NCBI GenBank assembly: GCA_002104905.1
Contig: MCFE01000029.1
Location: 162,335 to 226,334, forward strand
Source of the DNA: Basidiobolus meristosporus CBS 931.73
Taxonomy: Eukaryota > Fungi > Basidiobolomycota
Direction of reading: 5' to 3'
DNA length: 64,000 bases
The translations under genes and the position numbers were made by a program. The first letter of the stretch is position 1. Each line of letters begins with the position of its first letter. Below, in pieces: positions 38,252 to 51,904 of the stretch. The notes below the pieces were generated by a model. It was given only the letters and a program-made list of their open reading frames with translations. It was not told the DNA's origin and searched no databases.

Positions 38252-39008
38252 TTATAATTTGGCGTGGATGGTAGTTGGCTCGCTCCTGAAATAGGTTTCG
38301 ACTGCTTTTAAAAGAGCATCAGTCTCATGTTTGGTGTTATGCGCATGTATACATATCCTAACTCGTTCCCGACCAGCTGGAACGGTTGGCGATCTAATGG
38401 GTTTAACGCCGCATCTTACCTGGCACAATGTTCCTTGGATAGAGCTCTCCGAGTCCAGGAGGAGCTCCTTTGAAATCGCGATATTTTGACGAAATCTTCG
38501 TATCAGCGACCTAGCTTGGCATTGAAGCTGCAGACGCGAGTATCGAGTGCCAACAGCGACGCTTCATTCCACGCTTACCTTATACCGCTAGTCGCTGCTG
38601 TTAATCAACTGGCACGATTCCGGTTGCAAACAGACATACCTCTATGCGCACCCATAGCTTTGCCAAAGGTATGTAGCCGAGCAAACACCTCTTTCTCAAG
38701 GCCAAGCTCGTTGACATAGTAACGCCCCTGATCCCCGAGTGAATAACAGGCTAGGATCCGATCAACCTAAATCTCCTGGCAAACTCCGAATTTCCGTCCA
38801 GAAGGCGGGAACCGGTTGCTCCTAAGGCAGACATATCGTTGTTTAGCTGGTCTTTGAACATGGTCCGAAGCTTTGGATGGCACGAAAGTCCCAAATTGTC
38901 ATTTGAGGAGAAGGCGACACTATCTTTATGGGGTATTACTAGGCTTCTGGTCAAAGCAAGGGCATCTCGGCGGGAGATAATCTCGGAAAGCTGTTTCTCC
39001 AAACTCAT
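38252..39008 (-). pseudogene. 8-amino-7-oxononanoate synthase (BioF-like) pseudogene with a large internal deletion and frameshifts
   Basis: N-terminal FSSNDNLGL and GATGSRLLDGNS jump to VFARLHTFGKA (PLP lysine) in another frame; the C-terminal RSPTVPAGRERVRICIHAHNT is present. The central motifs are absent. Confidence 0.8.
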
Positions 39009-39407
39009 GAATCTTCAGCGTACCCGAATGGTTGGATGGCCAGATAGGTACAGGTGAGTGAAGAGTGTTGGCCAGTTTTATGGTCACTATTGCAACCCTC
39101 ACTTTGGCTCGATGGAATTTCTTTTTTGATATAAAGCAATGTCTACCTCGGATAATTCGCCAGGAGCTTACCATTTTTAGCTGGGATGGGCAGGTTGGTT
39201 CAGCGAATCACCAGCAATCGACTTTCAAACTCCGTACTGGATCACCCTTCATCTGCGGTGAACATTCTGGTGGGACATTGGTTTTGCGTAATGTACTCTG
39301 AATTATCGAGTCACAACCAAGTATAATTTATTTACTATTTGATATATATATCTATTGTTGAGATTATTCTCTTTAAATACTCTATAAATTAGTGGGTCGA
39401 ATCAATC

Positions 39408-40597
39408 CTAGTAATTCTTTTTCTTTTCATCTACTGATAATCCTCCTGGTCCCAAGTTGACCAACAACAACAAGCCACCCATGATGCTCAGGGTCTGGAA
39501 GAAGTCATACATCACAAAGTCACGGGTTGGGTGGTTGTGGTGGATGGTCCACCAGTTGTTGATGATCACATTGAACACAGAGAGGAAGAGAACAAGGAAG
39601 AGTGCCGAGAACTTGGCCTTGAACCCGATGACGACCATGGCGCTGGCCACAAGCCCGATGGCTGAGGCGGCGATTCTGAGAGGGGTCATCTCACCAGCGA
39701 ACACAAAGGACATGAAGAGGAAGATCAGGAGGATGCGCCCGGCAAGCTGGATGTAGGTGCTACGGTTGGTGTAGCTGATGGTTGGGAGGCCTGGGAATAC
39801 GGTTCTACGCTTATCGTCCTGGTTGTTGATGGAGTCTGCCAAGAGCATCAGAAGGCCACCCAGAATGCTGACATTGCGCAGGAAGAAGTTGAAGTCAAAG
39901 AAGAGGCCGTATCCGACGGTCTGCGAGACCACCACACCAAACAAACCGCCCACAGCATATTCCGTGCGCTTTCTCATTATCACCATAGCTGAGCCGACAC
40001 ACATAATCTACAAATATAGAGAGGGAGTGATGTTAGCAAGAGTGTACATGCCATTTGAGTTGGATGCCCCATTTGCTGCTGTTCACACCAATCCTGTCCC
40101 CTGGCCACACCTCCTTCAGTCCAGCCGATCCTACTGGGATATCCAATCTCATGACGCAGTGTTAGCAGACACCCACACAGGATGAGAGCCATAGGAGGCG
40201 CATGGTGGATGAAATGATATCTCGAGGGAGGGAGAGGCCAGGGATTGGTGCTCGTATGAGGAAGAGAGAGGCGTATGCAGCATTCCCTCCCCCACGTGCA
40301 TCAGCATTCTTTGCTGGCACAATGGAGCACAGATACCAGCAGATATGAGATATAGGGCACACTTACAAATACGTTGAGGCCAAGGAAAGCATGGTTGGTA
40401 CCATGGTAGAAGCCACGGTAGTTTTCAAGGTAAACCAGTTGATCAGTCCATTGGGTGATGATACGAAGAGAATCTTCGAAGAAGGTGACAACAAGTAGGA
40501 ATCGAGCAATAACTGGAATGGCCGGTTTTAGTGGAGTGGCACTTTTGGAAATTAGCGTTTCGATTCTAGCAGACAAGTTGCGAACAGATTGCATCAT
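39408..40597 (-). CDS. ERV29: Erv29/SURF4 ER cargo receptor, copy 1; 359-bp intron at 40008-40366
   Basis: Motifs IARFLLVVTFFEDSLRIITQW, FFLRNVSILGGLLML, QLAGRILLIFLF, YDFFQTLSIMGGLL and the di-lysine ER-retrieval end DEKKKNY. Confidence 0.93.
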
Positions 40598-41201
40598 AGT
40601 TGTATAGGAGGATGGGTGAGAAGCCAAGTTGTTTGTTCTGGTATGGAGGGATTCAGCGATTTTTATATTGGGATGCATAAACTTTCCGGTACAACCGCAT
40701 TGTTGTCATGCATATTCGTTATTCAATCCATCTACTTCCCCACATATTAAACTTCACCTGATCCTCATCACCTTCAGTGCAGTAGGTGCTATTCCGAATC
40801 CGGTAGAATCTAAGGGATATGTGCATCAAGGAAGTATATTCCCGATCGATGATTTTTAAACTTGTATAATAACTGGTTTTTTCAATCCATTTAAGCGCTG
40901 GCCCAGAAGCCGTGGAATGGCGCTTTCACCACCCTTGAATTGGCACTTTCACGATAAGTGAATAATACTTCAATGGTCATAACTGAGCTACTTGGTGACA
41001 CAATGGTCAAACTTGTACTGATGCTTAGGATATACTTGGGCTGGTTTTATTAGGTTTTAAATAACATGGAAGTACAATGAGCTTCTTATAAAATAATTCT
41101 ATGAGTGAGAAATGACTCGATTTCGTGACAGGTTAATGGGTGCGGTTAGGATTAGTACAATGTACTATGAACGACTTCTAGCAGAGCCGATATGAAGGAA
41201 T

Positions 41202-42388
41202 CTAGTAGTTCTTTTTCTTTTCATCTACTGATAACCCCCCTGGTCCCAAGTTGACCAACAACAACAAGCCACCCATGATGCTCAGGGTCTGGAAGAAGTC
41301 GTACATCACAAAGTCACGGGTTGGGTGGTTGTGGTGGATGGTCCACCAGTTGTTGATGATCACATTGAACACAGAGAGGAAGAGAACAAGGAAGAGTGCC
41401 GAGAACTTGGCCTTGAACCCGATGACGACCATGGCGCTGGCCACAAGCCCGATGGCTGAGGCGGCGATTCTGAGAGGGGTCATCTCACCAGCGAACACAA
41501 AGGACATGAAGAGGAAGATCAGGAGGATGCGCCCGGCAAGCTGGATGTAGGTGCTACGGTTGGTGTAGCTGATGGTTGGGAGGCCTGGGAATACGGTTCT
41601 ACGCTTATCGTCCTGGTTGTTGATGGAGTCTGCCAAGAGCATCAGAAGGCCACCCAGAATGCTGACATTGCGCAGGAAGAAGTTGAAGTCAAAGAAGAGG
41701 CCGTATCCGACGGTCTGCGAGACCACCACACCAAACAAACCGCCCACAGCATATTCCGTGCGCTTTCTCATTATCACCATAGCTGAGCCGACACACATAA
41801 TCTACAAATATAGAGAGGGGGTGATGTTAGCAAGAGTGTACATGCCATTTGAGTTGGATGCCGCATTTGCTGCTGTTCACACCAATCCTGTCCCCTGGCC
41901 ACACCTCCTTCAGTCCAGCCGATCCTACTGGGATATCCAATCTCATGACGCAGTGTTAGCAGTCACCCACACAGGATGAGAGCCATAGGAGGCGCATGGT
42001 GGATGAAATGATATCTCGAAGGAGGGAGAGGCCAGGGATTGGTGCTCGTATGAGGAAGAGAGAGGCGTATGCAGCATCCCATCCCCCACATGCATCAGCA
42101 TTCTTTGCTGGCACAATGGAGCACAGATACCAGCAGATATGAGATATAGGGCACACTTACAAATACGTTGAGGCCAAGGAAAGCATGGTTGGTACCATGG
42201 TAGAAGCCCCGATACTTCTCCAAGTAAGTCAGCTGATCAGTCCATTGGGTGATGATACGAAGAGAATCTTCGAAGAAGGTGACAACAAGTAGGAATCGAG
42301 CAATAACTGGAATGACAGGTTTCAACGGGGAAGCAGTCTTAGAGATTAAATCTTCAATTCTTGAGGATGCACTTCTAGCAGTTTCCAT
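41202..42388 (-). CDS. ERV29: Erv29/SURF4, copy 2 (tandem paralogue 1794 bp downstream on +)
   Basis: Exon 2 encodes an identical 198-aa sequence and the intron is nearly identical; the N-terminal ~25 codons differ. Confidence 0.93.
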
Positions 42389-43013
42389 TGTTGAGCGAGC
42401 GATAGGTTTGAAGAGGAGATTATAAAGTACAAGGTACTTCGACCAAGTAGTTCGTCCGCTGTAGTCTTTAAATAGCAACCTCATCCATGCACTCTCTCCT
42501 CGTTCATAAGCTGCTTCAACAAACTACATCAGTAAATGCCCGCGTGATGAGACTTCCGATCAAGCTCGTGTACATTAAGACAAATTACCTTTTTCCAGCT
42601 TTTGATTAATTACTGTGGCAAACTCGATCCTACGAGGAGCCCTGGGGTGCATATGAGGATGTAGGAATTTCAATAATTCCCGAAACCATCCAAATGCCCC
42701 TTTCTGATACAAGCTGGGGTGACAGCGGAGAATTTGGAATTTCACGTAATGGATGCATAGCTAATACACGTTTCTTGTTTGGCTACTATATTGTGCGTTC
42801 TTGCTCAGTTACACTCATCCACGTTGTCGTACACCAAATAGCTGATTTATTTGTTAATCTTGCTGCTGCCGTTTCCAATTCGGCTAGATGGATGGCTGTG
42901 GATACGATCAGTAGGTCTATCTTTGAACTGAAAGCATAGACACCTACCAGAAGTTGTTGAGGCGCAAAAGTTGGATAACAAATCTACCGATTTATTCTTG
43001 GCGTAGAGCAAAA

Positions 43014-44441
43014 TTATTCGCGAGTGCCAATATACCGTTCTCGCGCTTCGAGTACAAATGCGGCAATGACTTCATTCGCTTCACGGACTCCTTCGTGTCC
43101 TCCTACTTCCGCTACCAGCGCATAGTCATGCGGCTTTTCTTCCTTCAGTATGGATCGGACATCTACTCCTTCGGATTTTGCCTTGGTTACATACCGCTCA
43201 ATCGAGGGTCTGAATATCTCTACTCCTCCAATGAAGACCAATTGGGGCGGCAGGCCTTGAAGTGTGGGTGCTCGTAGTGGGCTGGTGTAGATGGAAGCCG
43301 ATGCCTCAGCTGAGGTTTGGATGTAGCATTCAACAAAATGGTTGATACCAGAGGAGGTGATGTAATCGTCGGCAGAATCTCTGACTGGAAGCGAGCACAT
43401 CATCCACGGGGAGAAGAGAATCTGGCCTGCTGGTAAGGGAGTGGTGGGAAGGGTATCGCGAATTTTGAGGGCAGTGGCAATACAGAGATTACCCCCAGCA
43501 GAGTCACCACACATCAGGATCCGTTTAGGATCAATACCAAGAGTATCCACAAGGTGTTGATATGCAGCCACGCATTCGTTCAAAGCAGCTGGGTATGGTG
43601 CCTCCGGCGACAGGGCTGTAGAGCAAATGAGTAACAGATCAACAAAATCGCGAATTGGCGGGATTTTGCTTACAATATTCCACAGTAAGGAAGCCAACCT
43701 TGAGGCCATGCTTCTTCTGGATAACTTTCATCCAACTTATATAGCAATGTAGGAACATAAGTGCATTGCCCATGATCATTCCGCCACCTGAAAAGTCGCT
43801 GGCCTTTTAGTAATTACTAGAATGTAGGTTCTCGCCCAATAAACCTACCATGGATTGCTAAAAAGACTACGTCGCATCCGACCCCAATATCGGTTATGTG
43901 AGCCTGGTTCTTTTGGACATCTCGAAAGTGGATTTGGTCCTTGAAAGGGATCCAGTACCCTTCCCAGCCTTTGCCTGACACTTTGTTGGCCCACATATCC
44001 TTTGAGCTCTGGGACAAGGTGCCAGTGCGAGCCTCAACTACTCTATTCGTCAGTCGAAGCACTTTTCTTGCTTGCATTACTCCAAGGACGCGACCACCCA
44101 TAACTAGTCTCAAAAAGCCAATGGTGATTCCCTCACGTAGCGTTTGGCCCTTAGGCAACCAACCAAAAATTCCTCGAATCATGGTTTTCACCACCAAAGC
44201 ACCTGTTATCAGGTAGAGGTTTTGAGTAAAATAGATAGACTACCAAGGATTCACTACTTCTGCTATAGCTTCTATATACGCGAAGAGATATTACCTGTGT
44301 AGATTATGAGTCTGGTGTAGGCCACGGGAGCCCTAAATGTTATTTTTGAACAATAGCTTTTGGGAAGCTGAGTCGTTTCCAAGGAGCTCCTTACCAGTAT
44401 TCGAAGCTGCTTTCTTGTTGGATGATGTACTGATTTGGCAT
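43014..44441 (-). CDS. Alpha/beta hydrolase, hormone-sensitive-lipase family (Say1-like), multi-exon
   Basis: HG|GGMI oxyanion region, PEAPYPAAL, GDSAGG nucleophile elbow, LFSPW, GGVEIF and HDY. The start codon is inferred. Confidence 0.85.
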
Positions 44442-45341
44442 TGTATTTGCGGCGAGGAAGTCGAGGAATAGCGGTGCTTCTATATGCGTATGATGTAATC
44501 CGAGTCAGAAAGCATAAATCCCATAGGCGAATTTCTCACCAACTGAATCAATTGTGAATGATATTACCAACATGTCATGGCTGTTGAACTGCAAACACTA
44601 CAAATTATTTATTTAATTGTCCTTTGGTAAGTGAACGAAGTTTACTTTGATTTTATCTGATCAATATGGATTTTGATGATGCATGTATTTGTGTGTAAAC
44701 CAGTGAGTAGTTGGCATATTTTAAAACAGAATACAATACTTGAGAACCTATATTTTGCGCCTCGCACTGCTTCATGTTAACCTAGGAGCTTGTGTATGAT
44801 TGTGTTGCATTCAGTATTCTTATGGCGCTTTGTAAGATTCCTGACTGAAAGCAAGATCCAAGGAAGATATGTGAGTTGCTTGAAGGCTTTTAACAAGAGC
44901 TAAACTGTCAAGTTATTTATATGACTAGATATTGTACCTCAATATTTCAAAGCAAATGTTCATTGACCTAAATGAAGTCTTGTGTGATGTTTGTCAAGTT
45001 ATTTTACTTCTTTACAATGAATGCTCTACTTAAAACTTAGTGGAGCTCAGGAAAGCCTTGAGCCATTCAAAATGATGTCAAACTAGATGCTGGAAATATT
45101 TGGTTTACACCTATTCCATCTGAATATTTTGGGAAGGCCTGAGAGTTATCAAGAACTCTTGGACTTCTCCAAAGACCCCTTATCCCAGAGTACCAGCTCA
45201 AGTTGAGCCACGTGGCCATTATCAAACTTACACTGAGATTATTCATTTATATCAAATGCTCATTTGAATTTTGTTGGTGCAATACTAATCATTTATTTGA
45301 TCAAAACCTCTGGCATCACTTCCCACAGCTTTCCTGGAATA

Positions 45342-45687
45342 TGTTGTAAATTTTGTAATTACACCTAACAATTTACTTGACTTAGTCCCTTAGATCAAGG
45401 TCTACAAATCTTAGAAAATTCTGGCCAAATTCCTTGTTGGGATTTACTTATAATATATTTACCAAATATCAGTACCCAGAACATGATATATCTCAAAGTC
45501 GTCCAAACAGCCCCAAACTCTGAACACATGTTCTTGGGACCCTCCTATGCATAATCTACATGTTTGTTTTGCCTAAACCATGTCAGAATATAAACAACAT
45601 TTTAACCTTGAATAAATCATTGTCTGGAACACACATAATCTACTTGTACTCCTAATCACTTCCAATATCTCCGAAATTCTGACAGCA
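45342..45687 (-). mobile_element. Solo-LTR-like repeat, copy F (inverted, no clear TSD)
   Basis: Reverse complement of the family consensus; left terminus TGTTGTAA. Confidence 0.75.
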
Positions 45688-45887
45688 AGAACCACATGAT
45701 CACTTGTGTTACAAAAGTACAAAATCTTCATTTAGGTTCAGTACAATAACTGGTTAATATCAATCAGCTCATCTAGTACTTCAAGTTATTTCCATTACCA
45801 CCCAGATGTTGCTATGTCTCTATTGTTTACTATAGTATTTTGTTGACACCTACTGAGAATACTATCATCCAAATGCCAGGTATTCAG

Positions 45888-46225
45888 TGTTGTGAGAGTT
45901 CTGAAGAAATTGAAAATGATTGCAAGAACAAATAGTTTATGGGTGTTTCACTTAATGCTTCATTGAATGTAAAAGGGTTTTTTATACTTTTACATGGTCT
46001 TGTCAAAACAACCAAGTAGAGCAAGGTCCCAATTGCATGTGCGCAAAGTTTGGGGGCCCTTGAACAACTTGACAATTTTTCATGTCTTGGGTATCTGATA
46101 TTTTAGTAAAAAACTCCTAGTAAATTCCGGCAAGAGATATAGGCAAGATATTCCAGGGTTAGTTTACTATGAGTGAAGTCACTGTGTTAAATGAATATTT
46201 AGGTGTAATTCCAAAACTTACAACA
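45888..46225 (+). mobile_element. Solo-LTR-like repeat, copy G (diverged, no clear TSD)
   Basis: Termini TGTTGTGA...TTACAACA; internal blocks match the family. Confidence 0.75.
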
Positions 46226-46358
46226 CTTGAAAGGTGGATGTTTTAAGATTTTCAAATGCCCTCAAGGCCTGAATACACAATCACAAGACCTTTTAAGACA
46301 TGTCACATGCATTTATGCCATTTATAAACTCAACATATTAATAAATGAAAGTGATATG

Positions 46359-46689
46359 TGTTGTAAGAGTCTTGGAGATATTGGAAGTGATTGGGAGAAC
46401 AAGTTGATTATGTAGTTTTCACTTAATGATTTATTGAATGTAAAAGTAGTATTTATACTTTACCTGATCTTGGCATTACAAACACGTAGAATAGGTTAAG
46501 GAAGGTCCCAAGAACATGTGTGCAAAGTTTGGGGCTGTTTGGACAACTTTGAGAATTTTCATGTTCTGGGTAAATATTCTAAGTAAATCCCGACAAGGAA
46601 TTTGGTCAATATTCTCTAGGATTTGAAGGTGATGATCTAAGTGACTAAGTTAGGTGAATATTTAGGTGGAAATACGAATTTTTACAACA
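46359..46689 (+). mobile_element. 331-bp solo-LTR-like repeat, copy H, 5-bp TSD ATATG
   Basis: Termini TGTTGTAA...TTACAACA, with ATATG at 46354-46358 and 46690-46694. Closely similar to copy A. Confidence 0.88.
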
Positions 46690-49396
46690 ATATGCATCTA
46701 CTATCTCCAAAGCTTTTACAACATGTACAGCATGCAGTTATTCTAGTTTTGTAATTGCCTTTTATTATGCCCAAAATTCATATGGCATTCAATAAATTTG
46801 TGCTCTTTATAAGCTTTACCCTTATCCATAAGTGTATCAGAGCTTAACATATTCCATACTTGGATCATAGTGTCCTTCATCTTAACATAGCTAGCTTTTA
46901 CTGCAGTTGTATTCTCAAATGCACACTATCAGCATACTTCATGTATATGTCTATTGCACAGCAATCAGGAAATCAGGATTAGAGGATGCAAATGGGTATC
47001 AGGCTTAGCTGCCACATTTACATGCAAAGTATAAAGCATAACTGCTTGGTTTTGTGTTGATTTGGCAATATAGAATGATTAGCTGTAATAGAGTGGAATG
47101 CCAACAGAAGTCCCCGGTGAAATGACAGGAATACTGATAAGCATACAGGGTTGATACTTTTACTAGTGAGCATTTATCAGGGACAATACATTTCAATTCT
47201 AAGAGTACAATAGTACATATAACAAAATCGACTTCAATAACATTTCCGCATTGCATTCACACCTGACTAACTTTAAAATAAATTTGGACCTGAACGGATG
47301 GTACAACGTTTACGTCGACTATACATTGTCTAATCTATTGGCTAAGCATTAAGATATATGTGTATCTTGTTGTTTGGTTAAGTGTCTGTAAAGTACACAT
47401 GCGTTTTGTATATTATAGATCGCAAGTCAAAGTACACTTCGAACTACACTGAGCGCTTGGGAGTGTTCGAGAACTACCAAAATAAAGCGTAGCTTTGCCC
47501 GTAGGTTTGTTGAGTCGAAATGACTAGAAATGAGTTGGAGATCCAACCAAGTTATGTGCAAAATAATAACCAAGATTTCAACCGAAATTACCATAGGTCG
47601 GGGGCTGGGTTTTTACCACATTCAGCATCAATTCTTAATTAGTAAGGAAGAATTAGATGCGATCTAAGTATCTGCAACATATTCCAGTTTTAGATACAGT
47701 CGGCGAATATCTTACCAGCTGGATAAACCAAAATCAGAGTTTACTTGACCCCTACTATTCTTTGGAAAGTTGCGGGAGAAAACTATGGAAAGCTAGATGA
47801 GATGCCATTGGGATGGTTTTCTGATGATTACCCGCCAAGTATGAATTAACGCTTCTCACAGAAGTATACATCAGTGAGCGCAATAGACAACCGAGTACAG
47901 CCAAATCTGTTGACATCAACAACAAATCCATAATAGTCGAACAGCAAGGGGGATTAATGAATTTGCTTAGGGCTAAAGTGAGTACCTGAACCTTTCCGAA
48001 TAGCCGCTATCATCCAACATCCATATGTTCTAATATAGATTCAAGATATTGGAACATTCATCCATATATGGCTGGGAGTCTAATGTTTTAGCTTATCCGC
48101 CAACTGCTGACATCCGAGTAGAAGGAATCAGTACGAGTGGGATGATGGAAGTGATGTGGAGTATTAGAAATGGGTGATCTTCCCTTATCGAGTAATTAAT
48201 CGTAAGATTAATATTTCGTACCATTAACCCAAATGACTTTCCCAGCCCCTCCCTATCACGGACTTCTATATATAGAAGATAACCGCAGGATATGTGGCTG
48301 TTTAAAGTTAGCGAGGACTCGTGCACTTCTATTCACATTCTGGGCCTGCGTCGAGGTAGCAATCAACATCGATGTCGATTATCAATAGTAGAGCCTGATC
48401 CAAGCCGATTCTATGGGCTTGAGCTACATTGGTGTTATGCTAGAGACAAGCATTGGATAGACCGATGAGTATTATTCCAAAGACTAAACATTAATCCTCA
48501 AGTCAGCATCGCTTCCACCTCACCCAGCCAGAAAAACATCTCTTGGTGCGACCTGGGTCAGCACACTACACATACAACAGATCAATCTTGATCCTTATCA
48601 TGTCTAAAGTATCGATGGAAGGCCCTTATTCAATATGATATGTGCTTCATTCAGTAAGGGCCGTAACTTGATCCGATTCCAGTTACAACTCATGGTCAAT
48701 CTAGATGCCCTAGATAAATAGACCTGCATTGAAATGGTTGAAGAGGCGTATATTGCCCAAGTGCCAAGTGTCAAGACATATAGATCTCTCCGCGTCAGAT
48801 TGGTTCCGCTAACCAGCTGTTTGCAGGCGCCACCTTAGCCAGTCACTTGAAGAATCCGTATATTTCTAGAAAATGGCCTTGGAACACGTTTTCCTGGGGG
48901 TGGGCCCGTGATTGGTACGGAAGAATGAAGTCTACAGAGTGAGATCTACTTCAGACCTAATCAATCCAAAATTGGAGTGTCTCGGCTTCAATCGGGCACG
49001 GACCCATCGGCACAACGGTACATGCTGCCCTGGCATGACACATACTGTGATATATTCCACGTTTTATTCTCTACACCTTCCTTCTCAGCCCAAAACGTTA
49101 TCCGAGGCTGCATTTACTGAGCCTTGTCGAGGCCTCTCGTTGTTGCGTGAAATAGTTGGAAGGATTCGAGAATTGCACACTACTAATAAAATACAGCTTG
49201 ATCATCAACATTATTGTTACCTGGTAATCGAGAATTTCCATCCTGGGTTTATTGGTTCTATACTAGATCGGGTAAGTTCCGTATACATGATAGCGGCTAT
49301 TTTCGGATGCGTGTGCTTGTTATAAATACTGAGTATTTCAGCAAGTAGTCAACCAAAACTCCTTTCCACACCATCACTCCTCGATCTTAATCCAAT

Positions 49397-51904
49397 ATGC
49401 GTCTCGTTCCCAGAGAAATGGATAAGCTCATGCTTCACCAAGTTGGATACTTGGCCCAGATGCGTCTTGCCAGAGGTATCCAGCTTAATCACAGTGAAGC
49501 CACTGCTCTCATCGCCTCCCAAGCTTTGGAATTCATGAGAGATGGTAAACACTCCGTTGCTGAAATCATGGACCTTGGTCGTCAGTTCTTGGGTAGAAGA
49601 CAAGTCCTTCCTGCTGTTATGGCCACCCTTCACGAGGTACAAATTGAAGGCACCTTTACCGAGGGTACTTTCTTGGTTACCATCCACGATCCTATTTGTA
49701 GTGATGATGGCAACCTTGAGCTGGCACTCTATGGATCCTTCTTGCCTATCCCCTCCATGGACATCTTCCCTGCCGCCGCCCCCATCGATAAGAAGGCACT
49801 TCCTGGGGCCTTGGAGCTTCGTACTGAGAAGATTGTCCTTGTCCCCAACAGAGAACGTGTTGCTCTTGTTGTTACTAACAATGGTGACAGACCTGTTCAA
49901 GTTGGCTCTCACTTCCACTTCGTCGAGACCAATGCTGAATTGTGCTTTGACCGTGGTCTTGCTTACGGTCGCCGTTTGGATATTGCTGCCGGTACTGCCG
50001 TCCGTTTCGAACCTGGAGAATCCAAGACTGTTTCTTTGGTCGACATTGGTGGTGACAAGATCATCACCGGTGGAAACAACATTGCCACTGGACCAGTTGA
50101 TCGTTCCAGGGTCCCTGAGATCATTGAACGTTGCAAAAAGCTCAATTTCCAACACTGCGAGCAAACTCCTCTTCCAGCTCCGGCTCCATTCAGCCTGGAA
50201 CACTCCACCTATGCTGACATGTTCGGACCTACGGTTGGTGACAAGGTGCGTCTTGGAGACACTGACCTCATGATTGAGATTGAGAAAGACTTCACCGTGT
50301 ATGGTGACGAATGCAAATTCGGTGGTGGTAAGGTTCTTCGTGAGGGTATGGGCCAAAAAACCGCCGTTTCCGACGAGGATTGCCTCGATTTGGTCATTAC
50401 CAACTGTGTCATCTTGGATCACACTGGTATCGTCAAGGCTGATATCGGTATCAAGGATTCCATGATTGTAGGTATCGGCAAAGCCGGTAACCCCGATGTT
50501 ATGGACAATGTTACCCCTGGTATGGTGGTTGGGGCTTCTACCGAAGCTTTGGCTGGTGAAGGACACATCTTCACTGCTGGTGCCATTGATACCCACGTCC
50601 ACTTCATTTGCCCTCAGCTGATTGAAGAAGCCTTGAGCAGTGGTATCACCACTTTGATCGGTGGTGGAACTGGTCCTAACACTGGTACCAATGCCACTAC
50701 TTGTACTCCTGGCGCGAAACACGTCGAATTCATGCTTCAAAGCACGGATAATATGCCTATGAACATAGGTCTCACCGGTAAGGGTAACTGCTCTGATGCT
50801 GAGGCCCTTCGTGAACAAGTTAGAGCTGGTGTTCTTGGTCTTAAGCTTCACGAGGATTGGGGATCCACACCTGCTGCTATTGACAACTGCTTGAGCGTAT
50901 GCGAAGAATTCGACGTCCAAGCCACCATTCACACTGATACCTTGAACGAGGCTGGCTATGTTGAAGCCTCCATCGCTGCCTTCAAGAAGCGTACCATCCA
51001 TACCTATCACTCTGAAGGTGCCGGTGGTGGCCACGCTCCTGATATCATCCGTGTCTGCGGTGAAGAGTCAGTCCTTCCATCATCCACCAACCCAACTCGC
51101 CCCTACTGCAACAACACCTTGGATGAGCACGTTGATATGTTGATGGTCTGCCATCATCTTGACAAGCGTATCCCTGAGGATGTCGCTTTTGCCGAATCCA
51201 GAATCCGTGCAGAAACCATCGCCGCCGAAGATGTCCTTCACGATATCGGTGCCATCTCTGTCATCTCTTCAGATGCCCAAGCTATGGGACGTATCGGAGA
51301 GGTTGTCTCCAGAACCTGGAAGACTGCCCATAAGAACAAGGTCCAACGTGGCCATTTGGCCGGCCCTGAGGAGAAGGGTACTCCAAATAACGATAACTTC
51401 CGCGCCATGCGTTATGTTTCCAAATACACCATCAACCCTGCTATCGCCCATGGTTGCTCCCATGTGATTGGATCCATTGAGGTTGGCAAATATGCCGATC
51501 TCGTCATGTACAATCCCGCTTTCTTCGGTACCAAGCCTGAACTCATCATCAAGGGTGGTGTGATTGCTTGGGCTAACATTGGAGATGCTAATGCCTCCAT
51601 TCCTACTACCCAACCAGTTGTTGGCCGTGAAATGTACGGAGCCGTTGGCAGAGGCGTTCATGCTCTTGCACTTGTCAGTCAAGCATCTATTGACTCTGGT
51701 GTCATTGCTAAGTACAACCTTCATAAGCAACCAGTTGCCGTTAAGAAGTGCCGTGGCATCAAGAAGTCTGACATGAAGCATAATGGCCTTACTCCCAAGA
51801 TCACGGTTGATCCTGAGACCTATGAAGTGTATGCTGATGGTGTCCATATGATCTGTCCCCCTGCCTCTGAGTTGCCCATGGCTCAAAACTACTTCATTTT
51901 CTAA
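49397..51904 (+). CDS. URE1: Urease (fused gamma-beta-alpha, eukaryotic type), intronless
   Basis: Motifs [45 protein letters not shown] (carbamylated Lys), [15 protein letters not shown] and SSDAQAMGR. Confidence 0.98.
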   Translation: MRLVPREMDKLMLHQVGYLAQMRLARGIQLNHSEATALIASQALEFMRDGKHSVAEIMDLGRQFLGRRQVLPAVMATLHEVQIEGTFTEGTFLVTIHDPICSDDGNLELALYGSFLPIPSMDIFPAAAPIDKKALPGALELRTEKIVLVPNRERVALVVTNNGDRPVQVGSHFHFVETNAELCFDRGLAYGRRLDIAAGTAVRFEPGESKTVSLVDIGGDKIITGGNNIATGPVDRSRVPEIIERCKKLNFQHCEQTPLPAPAPFSLEHSTYADMFGPTVGDKVRLGDTDLMIEIEKDFTVYGDECKFGGGKVLREGMGQKTAVSDEDCLDLVITNCVILDHTGIVKADIGIKDSMIVGIGKAGNPDVMDNVTPGMVVGASTEALAGEGHIFTAGAIDTHVHFICPQLIEEALSSGITTLIGGGTGPNTGTNATTCTPGAKHVEFMLQSTDNMPMNIGLTGKGNCSDAEALREQVRAGVLGLKLHEDWGSTPAAIDNCLSVCEEFDVQATIHTDTLNEAGYVEASIAAFKKRTIHTYHSEGAGGGHAPDIIRVCGEESVLPSSTNPTRPYCNNTLDEHVDMLMVCHHLDKRIPEDVAFAESRIRAETIAAEDVLHDIGAISVISSDAQAMGRIGEVVSRTWKTAHKNKVQRGHLAGPEEKGTPNNDNFRAMRYVSKYTINPAIAHGCSHVIGSIEVGKYADLVMYNPAFFGTKPELIIKGGVIAWANIGDANASIPTTQPVVGREMYGAVGRGVHALALVSQASIDSGVIAKYNLHKQPVAVKKCRGIKKSDMKHNGLTPKITVDPETYEVYADGVHMICPPASELPMAQNYFIF

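Noticed and set aside
47400-47950. Possible decayed coding sequence upstream of urease
   Set aside because: Multiple stops in all frames and no identifiable motif.
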